Origin: a virus | IMG/VR virus record: IMGVR_UViG_3300026383_000001 | Coordinates: 1 to 43,915 of that record | Length of the DNA: 43,915 nt | Reading direction: 5' to 3' (one strand) | Shown: positions 23,382-29,785 of the stretch, one piece after another | Numbering within the stretch: the stretch's first letter is position 1 | How the letters are laid out: every line of letters begins with the position of its first letter | Position numbers and translations under genes: made by a program | The notes under the pieces: generated by a model | Database searches by the model: none | Seen by the model: only the letters and a program-made list of their open reading frames with translations | Told to the model about the DNA's origin: nothing

Positions 23382-23860
23382 GACGTGATGAAAGAACGTT
23401 GAACCGACTGGGCGAGTGGTGTAATCCCGAGCAGAGAGCGAAGCGAGGCCCGAAGGGTGAGAGCCGGTGCTGAGCGTAACAGAGTGACCGGAGGTCGAGT
23501 GTCCCAGGAGGTGGTGAGAGTGAAGAAGGCAGGTACCCCTCCCGCAGCGAAGAAGGCAAGCGCGCACGAGAGCACACGCCAGCCAAGAGAGCGAGGAGAG
23601 CGGAGATGAGGCCCACGCAGCACGAGCGAGCGCAGCGAGTGAGGCCAAAGAGGAGAGGAGGAGAGGAACGGGCGCACGCGCGAGCAATCCATAGCACGCG
23701 CACGCACGCGGTAGAGAGGAGGGTGCACCCCACCCGCTGAGAAAGCCCCAGCAGGACACCCCACGGGGGACACGCGCGCTGCGTTGAGTGGAGGGACACC
23801 CTCGCATGAGCATAATAAAATTCCAGTGTGCGTAGAACGAGCACCCCAGAGCACCCACCC
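23382..23860. other. Strand-asymmetric non-coding tract (purine-rich and T-poor on the plus strand); probable concatemer-junction / terminal-repeat region
   Basis: Hand count: about 10 T in 240 nt for 23521-23760 and about 33 T in 420 nt for 23401-23820. Polypurine runs are present, for example AAAGAGGAGAGGAGGAGAGGAA. No SD-led ORF on either strand. Confidence 0.6.
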
Positions 23861-24144
23861 TACACCTGCAGCACAGCTCCTGAGTACTCCGGGTGCTGCA
23901 GCACTGCCTGGTAAGCCTGCTCCATGAACGCGGTACCATCCCGGTAATAGAACGGAACCTCATTCACTCGGTAGAACGTACCGCCCAGGGTGGTTACCAC
24001 TGTGGCTACTGCTGCACCGGTACCGGCTGTTACGCTAATACCAGTGACCTCGTGCAGGAACTGTACCTGCTCTTCCTGCTCACGCAGGAGGATACTGCCC
24101 AGTGTTACCTGGGCTTGTACCTTAGCTACTTCTGTCAGCTTCAT
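23860..24144 (-). CDS. Hypothetical protein (last late gene)
   Basis: 94-aa ORF with SD AGGAG 5 nt upstream, directly after the tailspike stop. Confidence 0.7.
   Translation of the reverse strand: MKLTEVAKVQAQVTLGSILLREQEEQVQFLHEVTGISVTAGTGAAVATVVTTLGGTFYRVNEVPFYYRDGTAFMEQAYQAVLQHPEYSGAVLQV
23866..23901 (-). terminator. 9-bp perfect hairpin at the 3' end of the last late gene (possible transcript 3'-end structure)
   Basis: CTGCAGCAC, an 18-nt loop, then GTGCTGCAG. It lies within the last 14 codons of 23860..24144. There is no adjacent U-tract, so function as a terminator is uncertain. Confidence 0.3.
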
Positions 24145-24152
24145 TCAGTCTC

Positions 24153-25964
24153 CTATGAAACGGTGATGGTTGGTTTAGCTACCAGGCGCCAGTTTGCACC
24201 ATCGCTGTAGCATACCTGGGTCTGCGGGGACTCTGTGGCGATGCCAGAGATGAGGCACACTACCCCGCGGTTATCGCTGGCAGGCGGTACACTACCCGAT
24301 GCGAAGATTCGCAGGGAAGCGCCAGCTGTACCCTCAACGCGGGAGATGACACCCCAGCCTACGTTCGTCCGTACCTGCTCTACGATACTGCCCAGGCCGG
24401 CCAGATTCGTGTTCCGCCAGCGGGAGCCGGCAGGGAAGGCACTGTCGTTAGTACCCGCGGGGACGGTGTTCCCAGCCTGCACATCCTTGAACTTCGCACC
24501 ACGTGGAGAGTAATCCACGCCGTTCTGGGTGTTCACCGTAGCGGTACCCAGGATGTCGATGTTCAGCCGGCAGGTAGGCGAGCCATCAAAGGTGACGTTC
24601 CCAGTTACCTGGCCGCCATCGAACCGCAGACCAGAGGAGCGTGCAGTTGTCAGAGAGGCGAAGGAACACTCTGTGAAGTTCACCAGGCAGTTCGCACCGG
24701 CATCGGAGATGCTCAGGGCACCGAACTCACACCCGCTGAAATCAGAGCGGTTACTCGGGAATGTCCAGGTTACGTCACCGAACCGGCACATGCTTGCGTA
24801 GATACGGTTCGTGGTGCGTGGAGCAGCCTTCGTGAACGCACACTGCGTCAGACGCCAGGTGTAGTTACCCAGCACAGGCATATCCCGGATACCACCTTGA
24901 CGGCCCCAGCCATGCACAGTCAGGCCACCATAACCCTCAGTCTCGATACCCCACTCGAACTGAGTAGCTTGCATGTCGATAATCTGCACGTCGCAGTTAC
25001 GTACGCGGATACTCGCACCGACAGGGGCAGCTGCAGCCAGGATACCGGAACGGTGCTCCATGTGCATACGCTCAACCCAGTACCCGATACCACCATTGAA
25101 CTTGATGTACGGGGTGACGTTGTTGTTCTCTACCTGGCCGCCGTAGAAGCGAATCATGTTCGGGGAGTTTCCGGTCACGCCGGCGGCATCAACATAGATA
25201 GGAGTGTGCGTCACCAGGTCACCGGTACAGTCAGCCACAGAGGTGTAGCTGCCCGAGGTACGCCCACAGCGCTGCACTTCGATGTCAACGTTCGATACGT
25301 CCTGAATCATGCGACCATAGAAGCCGTGACCGCGGAAGCCGATAACCCGCAGGCTGTTCGTGCGCAGGTACCCAGCGAACTCAATCACCACACCGTGGTT
25401 CACCGCATCACCACCAGTAACGGTGAAGTTGTTCAGGGTGATACCAGAGTACGTGAAGTCTGCTTGGGAACCGGTTAGTCGGATACAAGCATCATCCGGG
25501 CCAACACCAGGGCCAGGTTGCCATACGATGTTGGACTGTGTACCCTTCGCGGCATTACTGAACAGGGAAATACCCTTGTTCGGCTGCCACACGATTGGAG
25601 TCTTAACGACGAACCAACGGCGAGGGAACTCTACCGGGTGGTTAATCTTGTCGATGTTCTGGAACACCGGGCCATTGTCGTAATCGCCGGAACGGGCACC
25701 GCCGTCCCACAGACTTACGTGAGCACCAATGCTGCGTCGCCAAACAAGGCTCGGGCTAACGCGGACGTTCACATACCCACCGTCATCCACCGACGTGGTG
25801 TCAGCAACAGCTGTGAAGTGCCCACCACCCAGACCAACCTGCTCCGGCCAGTACTGACCCAGGGTAACTTCGATGCCGGCCGCTGCAGGGACGTACGCAC
25901 GCAGCTCCGCCATAGAGTTCAGGGTCGTGATTAGATGCGATGAAACTCGAGTGCTACCAGCCAT
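24153..25964 (-). CDS. Second receptor-binding protein: beta-helix tailspike, putative polysaccharide depolymerase
   Basis: 603 aa with many short G/N/T/V-rich strands typical of a right-handed parallel beta-helix (...NNFTVTGGDAVNHGVVIEFAGYLRTNSLRVIGFRGHGFYG...). It lacks a T7 gp17-type N-terminal adaptor. Located after the lysis cassette. Confidence 0.75.
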   Translation of the reverse strand: MAGSTRVSSHLITTLNSMAELRAYVPAAAGIEVTLGQYWPEQVGLGGGHFTAVADTTSVDDGGYVNVRVSPSLVWRRSIGAHVSLWDGGARSGDYDNGPVFQNIDKINHPVEFPRRWFVVKTPIVWQPNKGISLFSNAAKGTQSNIVWQPGPGVGPDDACIRLTGSQADFTYSGITLNNFTVTGGDAVNHGVVIEFAGYLRTNSLRVIGFRGHGFYGRMIQDVSNVDIEVQRCGRTSGSYTSVADCTGDLVTHTPIYVDAAGVTGNSPNMIRFYGGQVENNNVTPYIKFNGGIGYWVERMHMEHRSGILAAAAPVGASIRVRNCDVQIIDMQATQFEWGIETEGYGGLTVHGWGRQGGIRDMPVLGNYTWRLTQCAFTKAAPRTTNRIYASMCRFGDVTWTFPSNRSDFSGCEFGALSISDAGANCLVNFTECSFASLTTARSSGLRFDGGQVTGNVTFDGSPTCRLNIDILGTATVNTQNGVDYSPRGAKFKDVQAGNTVPAGTNDSAFPAGSRWRNTNLAGLGSIVEQVRTNVGWGVISRVEGTAGASLRIFASGSVPPASDNRGVVCLISGIATESPQTQVCYSDGANWRLVAKPTITVS

Positions 25965-25975
25965 GTGTGCTCCTA

Positions 25976-26515
25976 TTATGGAAGTGCCGCGATTGCTTCG
26001 GGCACAGATTTGAATTCATTATTTAACGCCTTGGACTCCCATAGGCGTCGCTTCCACAGCCCATAGCACACTTTGTTGCCAGGGGTGGAGCAGTCGTACT
26101 TCTTACCTTTGTACGTGATGTACCGGTACTTCAAGACGTTCTGTGCAGCCTGCCGGCCGCTACCCATCTTCAAGGCCGAGTACACGCTGCCGTTCCTGAA
26201 CTGGGGCACACCCACGTTGTACGCGAAGTCTGTCATACCCAGTATCTGGACGTCAGAGAAGCTCTCAGGAAGGCCGTCAAACGCTTTAGCGTGCTCGGCA
26301 ATGCTATCCCTCAGCTGAGCGTTGCACTCGGCTCTGGTGGCCGTCTGGCCCTTCCTGACGCCATTCGTTTCGCCATAGCAGATAGTCCACTTCCCGTCAC
26401 CAAGCCAGTACGCTTTCTCGGAGTATCCTTCATTGTGCTTCACCACAGAGATGATGCCGCCACCGAGGATGCCGGCAGCGGATACAGCAGCTATTACTTT
26501 ATTCCTTAGGCTCAC
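25976..26515 (-). CDS. SAR endolysin, lysozyme (GH24 / T4-lysozyme-like)
   Basis: EGYSEKAYWLGDGKWTICYGET lysozyme motif preceded by a Gly/Ala-rich weakly hydrophobic segment, VIAAVSAAGILGGGIISVV. The GTG at 26515 gives the N-terminus MSLRNK + TMD. The track ORF starts at a TTG at 26560 with a poorly spaced SD. Confidence 0.75.
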   Translation of the reverse strand: MSLRNKVIAAVSAAGILGGGIISVVKHNEGYSEKAYWLGDGKWTICYGETNGVRKGQTATRAECNAQLRDSIAEHAKAFDGLPESFSDVQILGMTDFAYNVGVPQFRNGSVYSALKMGSGRQAAQNVLKYRYITYKGKKYDCSTPGNKVCYGLWKRRLWESKALNNEFKSVPEAIAALP

Positions 26516-26759
26516 GTAGAATGTACCCCCGTTTCGCTGCCTCTTTGCTAGCCTGCTCAAACACCTTTGAGTTCTTGTGCTTGTAGTACCAGTTAATCAA
26601 TAGAGTCGCAAGGCCCATCAGGAAGCCGGCGACCATGAAAATCATATTCCAGTTCAAACTCCCCATGTACGTGACCAGACCAGACGTGCCCAGGGCGAGT
26701 CTGGTCGTGCCGTCCTGCACCAACTCACAGAGGTATGCCCAGATTTTACTCAGCATCAT
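26499..26759 (-). CDS. Holin (two predicted TMDs, pinholin-like)
   Basis: ATGATG at 26759/26756 follows GGAGG. 86 aa (MMLSKIWAYLCELVQDG...NMIFMVAGFLMGLATLLINWYY...) with a charged C-terminus. Sits between the spanin and endolysin genes. Confidence 0.7.
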   Translation of the reverse strand: MMLSKIWAYLCELVQDGTTRLALGTSGLVTYMGSLNWNMIFMVAGFLMGLATLLINWYYKHKNSKVFEQASKEAAKRGYILREPKE

Positions 26760-27132
26760 TCTTCCTCCGTCCCAGTGGCGAAGGAACGAACCAGAATACC
26801 AGGCCCAGGACACTTGCCATTCCAATACCGAAAGCCACCAGCATGGGCACAGGGGCGCCGTTGGTGACCTTAACCGTCTCAGCCTGTACATGCCCAGCCT
26901 GAACCTGCTGCCCCTGCTTAGAGGCGTTCACAGAGCCTTGGACGTCCTTGATGGTGGTAGTCTCCTCCACCTTCGAGTGCACGCCCAGGCCTTGCTTGAC
27001 ATTCTCCTTACCAACCTGCGCCGTCACATCAGGCTTGCCGCCGGTGACAGCAGAGACTGCGTTCAACGCAGACGTGGCACTACAGCCGCACAGGCTCAGC
27101 GCCAAGGCAGCGCTTACTAGCAGTCGTTTCAT
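26746..27132 (-). CDS. Unimolecular spanin (u-spanin, T1 gp11-like architecture)
   Basis: 128 aa with an N-terminal lipoprotein signal (MKRLLVSAALALSLCGCS), a polar middle region, and a C-terminal TMD (PMLVAFGIGMASVLGLVFWFV) followed by RRKNDAE. No embedded Rz1-type ORF is needed. Confidence 0.7.
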   Translation of the reverse strand: MKRLLVSAALALSLCGCSATSALNAVSAVTGGKPDVTAQVGKENVKQGLGVHSKVEETTTIKDVQGSVNASKQGQQVQAGHVQAETVKVTNGAPVPMLVAFGIGMASVLGLVFWFVPSPLGRRKNDAE

Positions 27133-27141
27133 GTTAGCCCC

Positions 27142-27459
27142 TTATGACAGGACAATCGCCGTAATCTTACCACCGGCCACGGTAAACGTAGCGGTAGTAC
27201 CCTCACCAGTTACCGTGACTCCGGTAACCGCATCACCACTCGCCACTACCACAGAGGTAGGTGGCAGCGGCTCAGCACCGCCGATACCGACCGCCAGCAG
27301 GGCAGCACTCGCCGCCTCCAGGGCCGGAGTAATCTTCGCCAGCTCAGCCGTGGTAGGCGCGCGCTGGGTCTGGGCAAACGGCTGAGTAGCCGCGTAGGAC
27401 TGCAGGGCAGTATCACGCACCTTCAAGCGTTGCGCTGGGGTTGCTGTACCAAAGCTCAT
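27142..27459 (-). CDS. Hypothetical protein, paralogous in its N-terminal half to 27471..27650
   Basis: 105-aa ORF with SD GGAGG. Its LKVRDTALQSY...TTAELAKITPALEAASAAL aligns with the upstream small ORF. The C-terminus (ATFTVAGGKITAIVLS) looks Ig-like. Confidence 0.65.
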   Translation of the reverse strand: MSFGTATPAQRLKVRDTALQSYAATQPFAQTQRAPTTAELAKITPALEAASAALLAVGIGGAEPLPPTSVVVASGDAVTGVTVTGEGTTATFTVAGGKITAIVLS

Positions 27460-27470
27460 TCAGTGCCTCC

Positions 27471-27650
27471 TTATGCGCCGGCCGCGGTCAGTGCTGCCTC
27501 GAGTGCATCTACCTTCGCCTGCAGAGCGGTCAACTCAGCTGCAGTGAACTGGGATGCGCTCTGGGTGATACGCTGGAAACCCTGGTACACGGCCAGAGAG
27601 GTGTCACGCACTTTCACGTTCTCGGTCACTTTAGTTGCTGCAATAGCCAT
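27471..27650 (-). CDS. Hypothetical 59-aa protein (below the ORF-track cutoff)
   Basis: ATG at 27650 after GAGGAG. Translates MAIAATKVTENVKVRDTSLAVYQGFQRITQSASQFTAAELTALQAKVDALEAALTAAGA. It fills the gap between the terminase gene and 27459. Confidence 0.6.
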   Translation of the reverse strand: MAIAATKVTENVKVRDTSLAVYQGFQRITQSASQFTAAELTALQAKVDALEAALTAAGA

Positions 27651-27652
27651 TC

Positions 27653-29470
27653 TTATCTCCTCATACGGCTACGGGTGCCCCGCGCCTTTCTAACTACGGA
27701 ATGAGCGTACCCCATTGGGTTCGCCAGGAATTGTTGCATGATGCTACGTTCTAACTTCTCAGCCTCCTTCTCCTCATCCACACTCAGGAATCCCTTCAAC
27801 TCATTAACCAGGTGCCCGATAGCATCAGCTCGGTCATCCTTAGCCAGTGAGCCGCGGTCGTACGTGATACCAGCCAACTGGAAGAAGGCGGAGTACACGC
27901 GGAACTTATCACGGGAGTACCGGGCGCAGTACTCGGCATCCATCTCGAGGGCACGCTCGTGAATCACGAACTTGTGCCGGCGGAACACCGGGCTGATGGA
28001 GTCGATGATACGGCGCTCCTTCTGGCCCTTGGCGTAAATATCCCGTACCCCGATGTTCGTGATACGTCGCTTAGCCAGGGCGTTCATCAGCAGCATACTC
28101 GCTGTGCCGTGGCCCATGTTGGACTCCATCACAATATCCTGGATACCGAACTCTTCAGCCAAGTCGATGAGCGTGTTCAAGTTCTCCTCCACCAAACCTC
28201 CCTGTAGACCACCAACACCGAACAGGTGGATGTACGAGTTCAGTGCACCACCGCACGCGAAGGCCACCTCATCACCGCCGCAACCAGCAGGGTCAATTAC
28301 CATGACCTTGTGCTGGTACGGTAGCAAGATATTCCCTGCGCCGGCCAGGTTGTACATGACCTCTTGCTCAATCACCTTAGGGAGGCTCTGTACGCGGTTC
28401 TGTGGCGTTGCTGCGTAGAACAGCATGTCTGGTGCAGCATCCGTACCCATAGCCGCCACGATGGCGTCTGAGAGCTTAATACGGGTGCGCTGTGCGTCGG
28501 CTAATGACGTATCCAGCATGTACTGCAGCTGGAACCCCTCAGGGCCGAAGTCAAGTTCCTTGCCGATTAAATCTTCTTCCGTGTACCGCATAGGGTCGGT
28601 TACCTCGCCACGGTTCCCGTCCAGGCCATAGCCGGTACGAGCCGCGCCGTTCCGAATCATCTCCTGAATCATCGGAGCCAGTGTTCCGGCGTAACGCTCT
28701 TCCTCTTCTACGGTAGGAACACGCCCAGGCCACACGCGAAGCTCAAACCCACGCGCTGCCAGAGTCTTGTAGATACTGTCCTTGGTCTGCGGCGTCCCCA
28801 GGTACAGGGTCTTCCCGTGCGTATTAATCGCGGAGAAGTCCTTGGAGCGCAGTAGTAGCACCTCACGGTTTGTGGCCGTCAGGCCGTTGTTCGTTGTCTC
28901 AATGTCATCGGGAATCAGCAGGTCAGCACGTTTACCCTGCAGCGATGCAGTGATACCCACGCAGGCCACGCTGGCCGATTTATCCAGCGGCTTCAAGTCA
29001 CAGTGTACGTCGTAGTTCGCGTACGATGTACGGTCGCCACGGGTGCTGTCCGGCCGGAGCCAGCACAGCAAACCCCACTGCTCAATCATACGGATGACCA
29101 GCAGCGCAACGTCGGAGGCCTGGGCCTCCCCACCGGAGACAAGCAGCACGCGGTACGACTGGTCACGAATCAGGTTCCACACAGCGAACAGCGCAGCCAG
29201 GGTGGACTTAGCCTCCCCACGCTGTGCTGCCACCATGCTGTTCCGTGGGCCGTGCTGCATGTACCAAGCAATGTCCCTCTGCATTGGCGTTAGTTCGAAG
29301 CCGAGGAAGCGCATCCCCAGCTCCGCGAAGTCGGTGAACTCGGTGAACACGCTGGATACCATCATAGCGAACTCTTCCCGCAGCTCCTTCTCCATTGCCT
29401 GGGGACGTTCCTTCCATTGACTAGTTCGCTCAGCGATTAAGCGCAGACGGTACAACGCGCGCTCATCCAT
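27653..29470 (-). CDS. Terminase large subunit (T7 gp19-like DNA maturase B)
   Basis: 605 aa with Walker A-like AAQRGEAKST, Walker B-like ADLLIPDD, and a C-terminal nuclease region (VMVIDPAGCGGDEVAF). SD AAGGAGG. Confidence 0.9.
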   Translation of the reverse strand: MDERALYRLRLIAERTSQWKERPQAMEKELREEFAMMVSSVFTEFTDFAELGMRFLGFELTPMQRDIAWYMQHGPRNSMVAAQRGEAKSTLAALFAVWNLIRDQSYRVLLVSGGEAQASDVALLVIRMIEQWGLLCWLRPDSTRGDRTSYANYDVHCDLKPLDKSASVACVGITASLQGKRADLLIPDDIETTNNGLTATNREVLLLRSKDFSAINTHGKTLYLGTPQTKDSIYKTLAARGFELRVWPGRVPTVEEEERYAGTLAPMIQEMIRNGAARTGYGLDGNRGEVTDPMRYTEEDLIGKELDFGPEGFQLQYMLDTSLADAQRTRIKLSDAIVAAMGTDAAPDMLFYAATPQNRVQSLPKVIEQEVMYNLAGAGNILLPYQHKVMVIDPAGCGGDEVAFACGGALNSYIHLFGVGGLQGGLVEENLNTLIDLAEEFGIQDIVMESNMGHGTASMLLMNALAKRRITNIGVRDIYAKGQKERRIIDSISPVFRRHKFVIHERALEMDAEYCARYSRDKFRVYSAFFQLAGITYDRGSLAKDDRADAIGHLVNELKGFLSVDEEKEAEKLERSIMQQFLANPMGYAHSVVRKARGTRSRMRR

Positions 29471-29479
29471 GTTACCTCC

Positions 29480-29776
29480 TTACTGTAGAATGTGGTTGTA
29501 GCTGTCGTCACTCAGGGATTGGGTCAGTGCCTTCTCCCGGCGAGCGGCACGGGCAGCCTCTCGTTCCTTAGCGAACTCATCGCGCAGCTGAACCATGTCA
29601 TCAGCGTCGATGCTCGCGGTAATCTCATTGTCTTTCAGGAACTGTCGGATAACGCCGAGGTTAGCCGCAGGAAGAGGAATCTTCTCCTCCTGCGACTGGC
29701 GCAGGTCGTCAATCAAGACCTGCGCCAACATCTCGTGCAGCTCCGCCAGCTTACTTACGCTAGCGCCTTTACTCAT
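29480..29776 (-). CDS. Terminase small subunit (T7 gp18-like DNA maturase A)
   Basis: 98-aa helical protein immediately upstream of the large subunit. SD AAGGAG. Confidence 0.75.
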   Translation of the reverse strand: MSKGASVSKLAELHEMLAQVLIDDLRQSQEEKIPLPAANLGVIRQFLKDNEITASIDADDMVQLRDEFAKEREAARAARREKALTQSLSDDSYNHILQ

Positions 29777-29785
29777 TCTATCTCC

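Noticed and set aside
23385-23402. Mini-ORF (V)MKER behind AAGGAGG downstream of the inverted promoter, considered as a real gene
   Set aside because: It is too short to call a gene. The AAGGAGG is part of the promoter-like initiation region. It is mentioned only as context for the P3 finding.
23881-23893. Partial match (GTACTCCGG) to the phiKMV single-strand nick consensus CGACNNNNNCCTACTCCGG
   Set aside because: Only the 3' half matches, the CGAC element is absent, and I found no other convincing copies. The evidence is insufficient.
23349-23963. Three overlapping minus-strand ORFs (204, 165 and 158 aa) open in all three frames
   Set aside because: The gene strand here is almost free of A, so stop codons cannot occur. 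The translations are Cys/Arg/Ser/Leu/Pro-rich with no SD or plausible starts. All three frames being open at once is a compositional artefact.
26760-26891. N-terminal 44-codon extension of the holin ORF (MYRLRRLRSPTAPLCPCWW...)
   Set aside because: It lies entirely inside the spanin gene in another frame, has an implausible sequence, and the internal ATGATG has a perfect GGAGG.
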